Shown piece by piece: positions 1-9,115 of a DNA stretch of 19,582 nucleotides. Within the stretch, counting starts at the first letter, position 1; the number at the start of each line of letters is the position of its first letter. The notes below the pieces were generated by a model. The model searched no databases. It had not been told where the DNA came from and worked only from the letters and a program-made list of their open reading frames with translations. Location of the stretch: assembly GCA_046597055.1 (NCBI GenBank), contig JBKJLC010000135.1, positions 1 to 19,582 on the forward strand. Direction: 5' to 3'. Position numbers and translations under genes: made by a program. The DNA is from Kofleriaceae bacterium (GTDB taxonomy: Bacteria > Myxococcota_A > Polyangia > Haliangiales > Haliangiaceae).

Positions 1-149
1 TTCGCAGAAGGGGTAAAGGGCGAAACCACGCGCGTGGGGCCTGAGGAGCCGGCCGGCGGGCTGGCGTCGCAAGAGTGGCAGAACGGCCTGGATTGCGTTC
101 TGCGTTCGCAACTGCGAATCACGCCTGACGGGGCTGGCGGGGGTGACCG

Positions 150-1853
150 TCAGTCGATCGCGTGCGGTACCGCGGACACCGCGCCCGGGTCGCCGCGGCG
201 CCGGCGCGCGCGCACGGTCTCGATGATCGCGAGCAAGGTGTCGAGCGGGACCGGCTTGTCGAGCAGCTGGCCGCCGAGCGCGACGACTCGGTCCCGGATC
301 GGATCGGAGAACACGCCGGCGGTCATGAGCACGACCTTGTGGGTCAGGTCGGGCCGGTTCTTGCGCAGCGCCTCGAGCACGGCGAGGCCATCGGTGCCGG
401 GCATCATCACGTCGCACAGGATCACGTCGAAGTCCTGGCGCAGGATCGCGGCGAGGCCGGCCGCGCCGTCGTTGATCACGGTGATGTCGTGGTGCCCGCG
501 CAGCTGGCGGCGGAGCGCGCTGGTCAGCGCGACCTCGTCGTCGATGATCAGCAGGCTGGCGCGGGTCGAGGTCCCGGCCACAGCGACCGCGGGCTTGCTG
601 GATGTCGCGCGGCGCTCGACCGGGAACGCGGCGATGAACGTGCTGCCGCGCCCGACCTCGGTCTCGACGGTGAGCTTGCCGCCGAACCGCTCGACGATGT
701 CGCGCGCGATCGCCAGGCCGAGGCCGGAGCCCTCGCCGCGCGCCTTGGTGGTGAAGAACGGCTCGAAGATGCGGCCGCGCAGCGCGGGCGCGATCCCGCT
801 GCCGGTGTCGGTGACCGACAGCTCGACCCGCCCGCCCCGCTCGGCACATCGCATGCGGATCTCGTGGCCGCGGCCGTCGCCGACCGGGATCGCATCGGCG
901 GCGTTGATCAGCAGGTTGATGACGACCTGCGACAGCTTGCGGGCGTCGGCGGTGACGGTCGGCACCGAGGCCAGATCGAGCGACAGCCGGGCCCGGTGGC
1001 GGAGCTGGTTGCCGACCAGGTCGCAGGCGTCGCGGCAGACCCCGGCCAGATCCACCGAGGTGATCTCGTCGGGTTCGCTGCGCGCGTACGAGCGCAGGGC
1101 GTGGACGATGGCGACGATGCGCTCCACCCCGCGCAGGTTGTCTTCGAGCATCTCCTGGATCTCGTCGAACATCGTGGCCGAGGTGACCGGGTCGGGCTCG
1201 CCGAGCTCGAGCGACCGGCGCAGCGCGGCGGCGTGCTCGCGGCAGGTCTTGAGGTTCATGAGCACGTAGGCGGCCGGGTTGTTGACCTCGTGCGCGACCC
1301 CGGCGGCCAGCGTGCCGAGCGCGGCCAGTCGGTCGGCGTGCTCGAGCCGGCGGCGCAGCTCGCGGGCGCGGTTGCGCGCGACCGCCGCCTCGATCGATCG
1401 GCGCAGGCCCGGCCCGGTCAGCGCCTCGCGCGCCAGATGATCGTCGGCGCCGGCCTCGAGCCAGCCCCGGGCGCGGCTGTCGTCGCCGCTGCCGTCGATC
1501 ACGATCGCCGGCGTCGATGGGGTCGCGCGGAGAAGCGCCTCGAGGGCGTCGGCCGCGCGCAGGCCCAGGTTGACCGCGTCGATCAGCGCGACATGATGAT
1601 GGTGGGCGACCACCTCGGCCGCGAGCTGCTCGATCGCCACCACCGTCACCGAGTAGCCGAGCGCGCGCGCCATCTCGACCGCGCGGCCGGTCGCGGCCCC
1701 GGCCACCACCACCCGCACCGAGCTGGCGTGGCCGTCACGCGCGCGATCGATCGCGGTGAGCCCGCTGGTGGTCCCGAACGCCGCGGCCTCGACGATCGCA
1801 CCGTCGCGCTGGTCGTCGGGATCTGTCATGCGGGGATCGTCCGTCGACCGCAT
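150..1853 (-). CDS. Hybrid sensor histidine kinase/response regulator (degenerate N-terminal receiver, HisKA, HATPase, C-terminal receiver); cytoplasmic
   Basis: H-box LGTLAAGVAHEVNNP; N-box QVVINLLINAADA; G1/F/G2 boxes DTGSGI, IFEPFFTTK, GSGLGL; C-terminal REC LLIIDDE...DVILCDVMMPGTDG...LMTAG...LLDKP. No TM segment seen. Start could be 1853 or 1829. Confidence 0.93.
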   Translation of the reverse strand: MRSTDDPRMTDPDDQRDGAIVEAAAFGTTSGLTAIDRARDGHASSVRVVVAGAATGRAVEMARALGYSVTVVAIEQLAAEVVAHHHHVALIDAVNLGLRAADALEALLRATPSTPAIVIDGSGDDSRARGWLEAGADDHLAREALTGPGLRRSIEAAVARNRARELRRRLEHADRLAALGTLAAGVAHEVNNPAAYVLMNLKTCREHAAALRRSLELGEPDPVTSATMFDEIQEMLEDNLRGVERIVAIVHALRSYARSEPDEITSVDLAGVCRDACDLVGNQLRHRARLSLDLASVPTVTADARKLSQVVINLLINAADAIPVGDGRGHEIRMRCAERGGRVELSVTDTGSGIAPALRGRIFEPFFTTKARGEGSGLGLAIARDIVERFGGKLTVETEVGRGSTFIAAFPVERRATSSKPAVAVAGTSTRASLLIIDDEVALTSALRRQLRGHHDITVINDGAAGLAAILRQDFDVILCDVMMPGTDGLAVLEALRKNRPDLTHKVVLMTAGVFSDPIRDRVVALGGQLLDKPVPLDTLLAIIETVRARRRRGDPGAVSAVPHAID

Positions 1854-2017
1854 CGGTGGACCACGCTATCAGGGGCGCTGTCGGGGCGCCATCACCCCTC
1901 CGGTCTGACGCGCGACCGCACGGTTGGTGAGCGTGCGGTGGGCGCGCCCACGTTCGGGGCGTCGGCTTCGCTCGCGGTCGGCCCGGCGCCGCGCCGTTTC
2001 CGTGGCACCTTGCGGGC

Positions 2018-3328
2018 ATGCCCGACCTGGCCGCGCTCTATCGCGATCACCTCGACGTCCTCGGCCGGGCCGCGGCCGGCGTGCTGGCGAGCCACGAGCT
2101 CGACGCGCTGGTGATCGCGGCCGGATCCCCCGCGCTCAAGAACCGCTTCGACGACCAGTACTGGAACCAGGCGCCGACGCCCACCTTCGCCCACTGGCTG
2201 CCGCTGCCCGAGCCCGACGCGGTGCTGGTGGTGACCGCCGGCGCGCCGCCGCGGTTGGTGCGCGTGCTGTCCGAAGATTACTGGGAGCTGCCGGCCCGCC
2301 CCGAGTCCGATCACTTCTGGGAAGGGTTCGAGGTGGTCACCGTCCGCACCGCCTCGGCGGTGGCCGACCACCTGCCGCGCGGCCGGGTCGCGGTGATCGC
2401 CTCGGGCGAGCTGCCGTTCGTGACGCCGGGGCCGATCAACCCGCCCGCCGTGGTCGCCGCGCTCGAGAGCCAGCGCGTGCACAAGACCGCCTACGAGATC
2501 GCGTGCATCGCCGAGGCCACCCGGCGCGCGGTGCCCGGGCATCGGGCCGCCGCCGCGCAGTTCGCCAGCGGCGAGCCGTCGGAGCTCGACCTCCACCTCA
2601 CGTACCTCGCCGCCACCGGCCAGGACGACACCGACACGCCCTACAAGAACATCGTCGCGCGCGGCGCGCATGCTGCGGTCCTGCACTGGGTCACCTACGA
2701 CCGGCAGCGCGGCGGCGGTCCCGACTCGCTGCTGGTCGATGCCGGGGCGCGTCGCCTCGGCTACGCGTCCGACATCACCCGCACCTGGGTCCGCGGCAGC
2801 GGCGCGGCGGCCGCGCAGTTCGGCGCGCTGATCGCCGCGGTCGATCGGCTGCAACAGCAGATCTGCGGCGAGATCCGGGTCGGCATGGCCTACGAGGCGC
2901 TCCACGATCGCTGTCATCAACTGCTGGCCGAGGCCCTGGTCGAGGTCGAGATCGCCACCGGCGCCGCGTCGACGCTGGTCGAGCGCGGGGTCACCCGTCA
3001 GCTGTTGCCGCACGGCCTCGGCCACTCGCTCGGCATCCAGGTCCACGACGTCGGCATGAAGCCGCGTCCGCCCCGCGCCGACAACCCGTACCTGCGCAAC
3101 ACCAGCACGATCGAGGTCGGCCAGGTGTTCACGATCGAGCCGGGTTGCTACTTCATCGACGCGCTGCTCGCGCCGATGCGCGACGACGATCGCAAGGGGC
3201 TCCTCGACTGGTCGGCGATCGACGCGCTGCGCCCGTTCGGTGGGGTCCGGATCGAGGACGACGTGCTGGTCACCGCGACCGGCGTGCGCAACTTCACGCG
3301 CGAGGCCTGGGCCGCGACGACGGCGTGA
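2018..3328 (+). CDS. pepQ: Xaa-Pro dipeptidase (prolidase), M24B family, PepQ type
   Basis: All five metal-ligand motifs present: LVDAG, YASDITRT, PHGLGHSLG, FTIEPG, RIEDD. The N-terminus LYRDHLD...LDALVI...FDDQY...FAHWLP and C-terminal LRPFGGVRIEDD are typical of PepQ. Confidence 0.93.
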   Translation: MPDLAALYRDHLDVLGRAAAGVLASHELDALVIAAGSPALKNRFDDQYWNQAPTPTFAHWLPLPEPDAVLVVTAGAPPRLVRVLSEDYWELPARPESDHFWEGFEVVTVRTASAVADHLPRGRVAVIASGELPFVTPGPINPPAVVAALESQRVHKTAYEIACIAEATRRAVPGHRAAAAQFASGEPSELDLHLTYLAATGQDDTDTPYKNIVARGAHAAVLHWVTYDRQRGGGPDSLLVDAGARRLGYASDITRTWVRGSGAAAAQFGALIAAVDRLQQQICGEIRVGMAYEALHDRCHQLLAEALVEVEIATGAASTLVERGVTRQLLPHGLGHSLGIQVHDVGMKPRPPRADNPYLRNTSTIEVGQVFTIEPGCYFIDALLAPMRDDDRKGLLDWSAIDALRPFGGVRIEDDVLVTATGVRNFTREAWAATTA

Positions 3329-3353
3329 CAAGGCCGGACCGCGGTCGTAGAGT
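3325..3353 (+). promoter_or_regulatory. Putative sigma70-type promoter for the FKBP gene (likely leaderless transcript)
   Basis: GTGACA (3325-3330), 17-nt spacer, TAGAGT (3348-3353), then 7 nt to ATG 3361; no Shine-Dalgarno sequence. Confidence 0.45.
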
Positions 3354-3360
3354 CCGCGCG

Positions 3361-4707
3361 ATGATCTCCCCGATGTCGTCGGTCCGCGCGGTCGCGGCCG
3401 CCCTGGTCGCGACCACGCTCGCCGCCGGCTGCCAGCGCACGCCGACCACCACCGACGAGGCCCGGCCGACGGCCGCCCAGCAGGAGGCGGCCCGCCGCCG
3501 GCGTACCGACCCGACCAAGCCGGGCCAGGCCGTGCCCACCGCGCAGGTCTCGCCCCCGCTCGCGGTGGCCCAGCCTCCGGCCGACGCCGAGCAGATCACC
3601 GGCCTCGACGGGGCGCCGCGCGCGACCATCTTCGTCAAGCGGCTGAGCCCCGGCCAGGGTCCCAGCCCGGCGCGCAACGACACCGTGATGCTCAACTTCA
3701 CCGGCTGGCGTACCAGCGGCGAGACGTTCCTCTCGACGAAGTCGCGCAACCGGCCGGTGCAGCAGAGCCTGGCCGTGCTCGCGCCCGGCTTCGCGGCCGC
3801 GGTGACCACGATGAAGAAGGGCGAGCGCGCGATGGTGTGGGTGCCGCCCGAGCTCGGCTACCTGGGGCCGCCCAGCGCCACGCCGGAGACCACGGTGTAC
3901 GAGATCGAGCTGGTCGACTTCGAGCCGGCCCCGACGACGCCTTCCGACGTCGCCGCGCCGCCGCCGACCGCGACCCGGACCCCGACCGGGGTCGCGCTGC
4001 TGACCGTCAAGCCGGGCGACGGCAAGACCCGCCCGCGCTCGTACGATCAGGTCACCTATCACTACACGGCGTGGGACGCGAAGGCGCGCATGTTCGACTC
4101 GACCGAGGTGCGCAAGCGCGCCAAGCCGTCGTTCCCGTTCCGCGAGTGGCCCGGGATCGAGGAGGCGCTGGTGACGATGTCGGTCGGGGAGCGCACCCGG
4201 GTCTGGCTGCAGCCGGCGCACACCGAGCCGCTGCCCGGGCTGCCCGAGGGCACGCTCACCTACGAGCTCGAGCTGCTCGAGGTCAAGCCGATGCACGCGC
4301 CGCCGCCGGTGCCGACCGACGTCGCCGCGCCGCCGACCGGCGTGCGCAAGACGGCCAAGGGCGTCTTCTACCGGGTGCTGTCCCCGGGCACCGGCACGGT
4401 CCACCCATCCCCGTCGGACACCGTGCAGATCAACTACAGCGGGTGGACCAGCAACGGCCGGCTGTTCGACAGCTCGGTGGTCCGCCAGCAGCCGGCGCAG
4501 TTCCCGCTCGCGCGCGTGATCGCGGGCTGGACCGACGGCATCCCGACCATGGTCGTCGGCGAGACCACGCGCTTCTGGATCCCGGTCGAGCTCGCGCACA
4601 ACCACGAGCCCGGCCGCCCCGCCGGCATGCTCGTCTTCGACATCGAGCTGCTCGAGATCATGAAGGCGCCCGCGGCCCCGCCGTCGGCTCCGGCGGGACC
4701 GCCGTGA
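3361..4707 (+). CDS. Lipoprotein with three tandem FKBP-type peptidyl-prolyl cis-trans isomerase domains (448 aa)
   Basis: Signal peptide MISPMSSVRAVAAALVATTLAAG-C with lipobox. Three FKBP units: DTVMLNFTGW...MKKGERAMVWVPPELGY; DQVTYHYTAW...FDST...MSVGERTRVW; DTVQINYSGW...FDSS...VIAGWTDGIPTMVVGETTRFWIP. The 1924-3360 part of the track ORF is an out-of-frame overlap with pepQ. Confidence 0.92.
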   Translation: MISPMSSVRAVAAALVATTLAAGCQRTPTTTDEARPTAAQQEAARRRRTDPTKPGQAVPTAQVSPPLAVAQPPADAEQITGLDGAPRATIFVKRLSPGQGPSPARNDTVMLNFTGWRTSGETFLSTKSRNRPVQQSLAVLAPGFAAAVTTMKKGERAMVWVPPELGYLGPPSATPETTVYEIELVDFEPAPTTPSDVAAPPPTATRTPTGVALLTVKPGDGKTRPRSYDQVTYHYTAWDAKARMFDSTEVRKRAKPSFPFREWPGIEEALVTMSVGERTRVWLQPAHTEPLPGLPEGTLTYELELLEVKPMHAPPPVPTDVAAPPTGVRKTAKGVFYRVLSPGTGTVHPSPSDTVQINYSGWTSNGRLFDSSVVRQQPAQFPLARVIAGWTDGIPTMVVGETTRFWIPVELAHNHEPGRPAGMLVFDIELLEIMKAPAAPPSAPAGPP

Positions 4708-5753
4708 CGCCGCCGCCGGCGATCCGCGCGGCGTGGGGCTGGGAGGGCTCGGACGTCGAGCTGGTCACGATCCCGGTCGGGCTGATCAACGCGACCTTCG
4801 CGGTGCGCCAGGCCGGCGTCCCGATCGCGGTGGTGCAGCGCCTGCATCCGGTGTTCGGCGCCGAGGTCAACCTCGACATCGAGGCGGTGACCACCCATCT
4901 GGCCGCGCGCGGGCTGGTGACGCCGCGCCTCCTGCGCACCCAGCGCGGCGAGGCCTGGCTCGCGCTCGACGGGGCGGTGTGGCGCGCGCTGACGTGGGTC
5001 GAGGGCAGCTCGGTCAACGCGGTGCCCGACCCGGCGTGGGCCGCGGCCGGCGGCGCGCTGGTCGGGCGCTTCCACCGCGCGGTCGACGACCTCGCCCACG
5101 ACTACAAGTTCACCCGGGCCGGCGTGCACGATACCGCCGCGCACCTGGACCGGCTGCGCGCGCGGGTCGCCACGGTCGGTGACGCGGCCGGCGCCGACCC
5201 GACCGAGCGCGACGCGGTCGAGCTGGCCCGCGCGATCTTCGCCGCCGCCGCCGAGCTGCCGATCATGCCGGCGCTGCCGCTGCGCCACACCCACGGCGAT
5301 CTCAAGATCTCGAACCTGCTGTTCCGCACCGGGCCGGCGCCGACCGCGGTCGCGCTGGTCGATCTCGACACGCTGGGCCGACAGACGCTCGCGTTCGAGC
5401 TGGGCGACGCGATGCGCTCGTGGTGCAACCCGCGCGGCGAGGACGTGACCGCGGTCGTCTTCGAGCTGGCGATCTTCGCGGCCGCGATCGAGGGCTGGTC
5501 GTCGGCCGCGGGCGCGCTGGTGTCCATCGACGAGCGCCGGTCGATCGTCGAGGGGCTCGAGACCGTGTGCATCGAGCTGGCCGCGCGGTTCGCGGTCGAC
5601 GTGTTCGAGGACCGCTACTTCGGCTGGGACCCGAGCCGGTTCCCGTCCCGGCGCGCGCACAACCTGGTCCGGGCCCGCGGACAGCTCGCGCTGGGCCAGG
5701 CCGTGCGGGCGGCGCGCGCCGACGCGCTGGCGATCGTCCTGGCCGGTACCTGA
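4704..5753 (+). CDS. Aminoglycoside phosphotransferase/choline kinase-fold small-molecule kinase (NahK-like), 349 aa
   Basis: GTG start overlaps the upstream TGA (GTGA). Motifs GLINATF, QRLHPVF, Brenner motif HGDLKISNLLF, LVDLDT, ELGDAMRSWCN. Substrate not determinable from sequence. Confidence 0.88.
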   Translation: MTPPPAIRAAWGWEGSDVELVTIPVGLINATFAVRQAGVPIAVVQRLHPVFGAEVNLDIEAVTTHLAARGLVTPRLLRTQRGEAWLALDGAVWRALTWVEGSSVNAVPDPAWAAAGGALVGRFHRAVDDLAHDYKFTRAGVHDTAAHLDRLRARVATVGDAAGADPTERDAVELARAIFAAAAELPIMPALPLRHTHGDLKISNLLFRTGPAPTAVALVDLDTLGRQTLAFELGDAMRSWCNPRGEDVTAVVFELAIFAAAIEGWSSAAGALVSIDERRSIVEGLETVCIELAARFAVDVFEDRYFGWDPSRFPSRRAHNLVRARGQLALGQAVRAARADALAIVLAGT

Positions 5754-5772
5754 ACCATTCCGGCAGCTTGCG

Positions 5773-5793
5773 CCGGCGGGCAGGCCCCGCCGG
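5773..5793 (+). terminator. GC-rich hairpin after the kinase gene, possible terminator
   Basis: ccggcggg-caggc-cccgccgg, 8-bp stem about 20 nt after the stop codon; no U-tract. Confidence 0.3.
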
Positions 5794-5882
5794 GGGTGCG
5801 CTGCGCAGGACGCAGCCGCTGGCGGTGGCTGTCAGCCAACGCGCCGATTCGGCCCCGCCCGATCTGGGTCATCATGCCGGAG

Positions 5883-8831
5883 ATGCTCACCCGCCGACGT
5901 CTGGTCACCGCGGTCCTCGCGGTCGCCGCTACCGGTTCGAGCGCGCTGGCCGTGCGCGCGCCCCGCGCTCGCCACGCGCATGATCAAGACACCGTCGCCC
6001 TGGCCGGCGCCGGGGTCAGCAAGCTGCGCGCCCACGTCGACGTCGCCTGGGGCGGCGTCCCGGCCGCGCGCGCCACCGCGTGGCAGCGGCTGCGCGCCGC
6101 GGCGCCCGGGCTGGCCGAGGTCAGCTGGGATCGTGCGACCGAGGTGCCCAGCCGGATCTGGGGCCGTGGCCTCGACGTCCCCGGCAGCGTCGCTGACCCG
6201 GCGATCGCGGCGGCCGCCGCCCGGCGCTTCTTGCGCGAGCACCTCGACCTGCTCGCGCCCGGCGCAGCCGAGACCGACTTCGAGCTGGTCGCCAACGATC
6301 TCGACGGCGATCTGCGGACGATCGGCATGATCCAGCGCCACGGCGGCCTGGCCGTGCTCGGCGGCCAGGTGTCGTTCCGCTTCAAGCGCGACCGCCTGTT
6401 CGTGATCGGCTCCGAGGCGCTGCCGTCGGTGCAGGTGAGCTGGCCGCGCACCGCGCTGGGCCGGCGCGCGCTCGGCGGCCACGCCCATGCCGCGACCGTC
6501 GCCGAGCTGGGCCTCGATCCGGCGCGGGTGACCACCGGCCCGACCGGGGCGCTCGCGATCGTGCCGCTGGTCGGCGAGCGCGGCGTGCTCGGCTACCGGG
6601 TGGCCGCGCCGGTCGAGGTCGACGCCGGCGCCGACGGCAGCTGGCAGGTGTGGCTCGATCCCGCGACCGGCGCGCCGCTGGTCCGGCGCTCGCTCACCCG
6701 CTACGCCAGCGGCACCGTGCAGTTCGACGCGGTGGTGCGCTGGCCGGGTCGCCCGCGCCAGGTGTATCCGGCGCCCGGGCTCGAGGTCACCGTCGCCGGC
6801 GGGCCGGCGACCACCGCGGCCGACGGCGGCGTGAGCTGGGCCGGCGGCGACACCCAGCTCATGACGACGGTGCGCGGCCCGCTGGTCGCGGTCGAGAACG
6901 TCGCCGGCGAGGTGGCGACCACCAGCCTCGCGCTGGTCGATGGTGGCGCCGCGACCTGGTCGCCCGGCGACGATCGCAACCTCGACGCCCAGCTGTCGGC
7001 GTACATCCATGCCGATCGGGTCAAGACCTACGTGCGCGGGTTCGCGCCGGCCTTGGCCTTCCTCGACGAGACCTTGCCGGTGAAGGTCAACATCGCCGAC
7101 GAGTGCAACGCGTTCTCCAACGGGACCGCGATCCACTTCTTCCAGGCCAGCGCGCGGTGCGAGAACACCGCGACCCTCGCCGACGTCGTCTATCACGAGT
7201 TCGGTCACTCGATGCACGCGCAATCGCTGATCCCGGGCGCCGGCTTCTTCGACGGCGCGTTCAGCGAGGGCCTGTCGGACTACCTGGCGGCGACCATCAC
7301 CGGCGACTCCGCCATGGGCCGCGGCTTCTTCAAGAACGATGAACCACTGCGCGAGATCGACCCGCCGAACCAGGAGTATGTGTGGCCGCGCGACGTGTCC
7401 CAGATCCATGCCACCGGCATGATCTTCGGCGGCGCGATGTGGGACCTGCGCAAGGGGCTGATCGCGGACCTCGGCGCGACCGCCGGCGTCGCGCTGGCCG
7501 ACCGGCTCTACTATGCAGCGGTCCGCCGCGCGCCCAGCATCCCGGCGACGCTGATCGAGATCCTGGCCGCCGACGACGACGACGGCGACCTGGCCAACGG
7601 CACGCCGCACGAATGCACGATCCGCGCGGCGTTCGGACGCCACGGCCTGCGCACGATCGGCGGCGACGTGGTCGCGCCGGGGACGATCGCGGCGACCACC
7701 GAGGCCACCACGGTGCCGGTCACGCTGACCCTGGCCGGCCAGGACGCGCGCTGCGGCGACGCGGTCACTGGCGTCGCCATCGAGTACCGCCAGCGCGGCA
7801 GCGGCACACCGAGTGTGATCGCGGCGATCCGGACCGACGACGTGTGGCAGGTCGACCTGCCGCTGCTCGGCGACGGCATCGTGGTCCAGCACCGGATGCG
7901 GGTCCAGTTCGCCGACGGCAGTGACATGTTGTTCCCCGACAACCGCGCCGACCCGTGGCGCGAGCTGTACCGCGGCGACGTGATGCCGCTCTACTGCACC
8001 GACTTCGAGACCGACCCGTTCGCCGAGGGCTGGCGCGCCGACGACGGCGGCAGCTGGCAGTGGGGCCAGCCCGGCGGCAGCCGTGGCGTTGGCGATCCCG
8101 GCCGCGCCTACTCGGGCACGCGCGTGCTCGGCACCGGCCTGGCGTCGACCGCAGGCACCTACCCGGCCGGCCGCGAGACCTGGGTCGAAACTCCGGAGAT
8201 CGAGCTGGGCCAGTGGAGCGACGTCCGCCTGCACTACCGGCGCTGGCTCGGCGTCGAGGACGGCTACTACGATCAGGCGTCGATCGCGATCGACGCGCAG
8301 CAGGCGTGGACCAACCTCAGCTCGCGCGGCAACAACAGCAAGACCCAGCACCACGAGGACCGGGCCTGGATCTTCAACGACGTCGCGGTCAGCCCGCGGG
8401 TGACCGGCCGCGCGGCCCGGATCCGGTGGCAGGTCACCGCCGACGATAACTTCGAGCTCGGCGGCTGGACGCTCGACGACGTGTGCGTCGTCGCCAACCT
8501 CAACTCGGTGTGCGGCGACGGCCGCCTCAGCGGCGCCGAGCAGTGCGACAACGGCCCCGCCAACGCCGACGCCGCCGACACCTGTCGCACCAACTGCCGG
8601 GTCGCCGACTGCGGCGACGGCATCAAGGACGGCCTCGAGGCCTGCGACGACGGCAACGAGGACGACAGCGACGACTGCAGCGCGCTCTGCGTGATCGTCC
8701 TCCAGCCCGAGGAGGTCGTCGAGCCCGACGGCTGCGGCTGCGCGACGACCGGCGGCCCCGGCACCGCCCTGATCCCGCTCGGCCTGGCCCTGCTGATGTT
8801 CCGTCCTCGCAAGCGGCGCGCGCGCGCCTGA
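5883..8831 (+). CDS. Secreted/surface gluzincin metallopeptidase (M4/M36-like) with propeptide, beta-sandwich domains, Cys-rich repeats and MYXO-CTERM-like tail (982 aa)
   Basis: Signal MLTRRRLVTAVLAVAATGSSALA; FTP-like propeptide (QRHGGLAVLGG); HEXXH in DVVYHEFGH; third ligand in GAFSEGLSD; IHATGMIFGGAMWDL; C-terminal GCGC + hydrophobic helix + RPRKRR. Alternative start at 5874. Confidence 0.9.
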   Translation: MLTRRRLVTAVLAVAATGSSALAVRAPRARHAHDQDTVALAGAGVSKLRAHVDVAWGGVPAARATAWQRLRAAAPGLAEVSWDRATEVPSRIWGRGLDVPGSVADPAIAAAAARRFLREHLDLLAPGAAETDFELVANDLDGDLRTIGMIQRHGGLAVLGGQVSFRFKRDRLFVIGSEALPSVQVSWPRTALGRRALGGHAHAATVAELGLDPARVTTGPTGALAIVPLVGERGVLGYRVAAPVEVDAGADGSWQVWLDPATGAPLVRRSLTRYASGTVQFDAVVRWPGRPRQVYPAPGLEVTVAGGPATTAADGGVSWAGGDTQLMTTVRGPLVAVENVAGEVATTSLALVDGGAATWSPGDDRNLDAQLSAYIHADRVKTYVRGFAPALAFLDETLPVKVNIADECNAFSNGTAIHFFQASARCENTATLADVVYHEFGHSMHAQSLIPGAGFFDGAFSEGLSDYLAATITGDSAMGRGFFKNDEPLREIDPPNQEYVWPRDVSQIHATGMIFGGAMWDLRKGLIADLGATAGVALADRLYYAAVRRAPSIPATLIEILAADDDDGDLANGTPHECTIRAAFGRHGLRTIGGDVVAPGTIAATTEATTVPVTLTLAGQDARCGDAVTGVAIEYRQRGSGTPSVIAAIRTDDVWQVDLPLLGDGIVVQHRMRVQFADGSDMLFPDNRADPWRELYRGDVMPLYCTDFETDPFAEGWRADDGGSWQWGQPGGSRGVGDPGRAYSGTRVLGTGLASTAGTYPAGRETWVETPEIELGQWSDVRLHYRRWLGVEDGYYDQASIAIDAQQAWTNLSSRGNNSKTQHHEDRAWIFNDVAVSPRVTGRAARIRWQVTADDNFELGGWTLDDVCVVANLNSVCGDGRLSGAEQCDNGPANADAADTCRTNCRVADCGDGIKDGLEACDDGNEDDSDDCSALCVIVLQPEEVVEPDGCGCATTGGPGTALIPLGLALLMFRPRKRRARA
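8511..8690 (+). repeat. Two Myxococcus-type cysteine-rich repeats inside the metallopeptidase
   Basis: CGDGRLSGAEQCDNG...CRTNC and CGDGIKDGLEACDDGN...CSALC. Confidence 0.88.
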
Positions 8832-8943
8832 CTCGGCGGGCCGGGGCACGCGCGGCCGGCCGCGCCGTCGGCCAGTGCGCGGCGCGGCCCCTGAACGCCG
8901 GGCGCCAGAGCGCCGACAAGACGCGATGCACACCCATGTGATC

Positions 8944-9109
8944 GGAAGCGCTCACCCTTGCCCGGTGGCCCTGAGCCGGCGCCGCCGGCGCCGCGTCGAA
9001 GGGCAGAGCGGCAAGGAGCCGCACGCCGCTCCGACGGGCTGCCCGGAGGCGGCGGGCTCGCGTGCGCTCGCCCTGGCTCAGGGACACCGGGACCGTCGTG
9101 CGGGCCCCT
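8944..9109 (-). ncRNA. ssrS: Probable 6S RNA (~166 nt rod-shaped RNA)
   Basis: Hand-folded: closing stem ggggcccgcac/gugagcgcuuc; 17-bp stem with one mismatch (9075-9091 with 8961-8977) containing CCCUGAGCC/GGCUCAGGG; central bubble; cgccgc-CUCC-gggcag opposite cugccc-uuCGAC-gcggcg; apical agcggc/gccgcu. CCCUGAGCC, CUCC and CGAC occupy the same relative positions as I recall for E. coli 6S. Lies in a convergent intergenic gap with a promoter upstream. No covariance search run. Confidence 0.6.
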
Positions 9110-9115
9110 CGCGCC

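Noticed and set aside
15..120. aaagggcgaaacc...gtgggg resembling a c-di-GMP-I riboswitch start, plus short hairpins (cagaacg/cgttctg, ttcgca/tgcgaa)
   Set aside because: Lacks the GNRA loop and GCAAAGCC core, has no downstream plus-strand gene to regulate, and the context is truncated by the window edge.
1938..1951. 14-bp perfect palindrome gtgggcgcgcccac in the divergent kinase/pepQ gap
   Set aside because: Almost all G/C, so plausible by chance; no second copy or recognisable regulator motif.
1924..3360. N-terminal extension of the 927-aa ORF (apparent fusion to FKBP), and likewise 3837-4703 of the 638-aa ORF
   Set aside because: Arg/Ala-rich out-of-frame overlaps of pepQ and the FKBP gene. 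Real starts at 3361 (signal peptide) and 4704 (GTGA coupling) explain the data.
4704..5753. Aminoglycoside resistance gene
   Set aside because: APH fold only; motifs (GLINATF, DLDT, GDAMRS) fit housekeeping NahK-like kinases, in a core-like operon with host codon usage.
8961..9091. 17-bp inverted repeat read as MITE/IS ends
   Set aside because: No target-site duplication. The interior also pairs into a continuous rod and a promoter lies upstream, which fits a structured RNA better.
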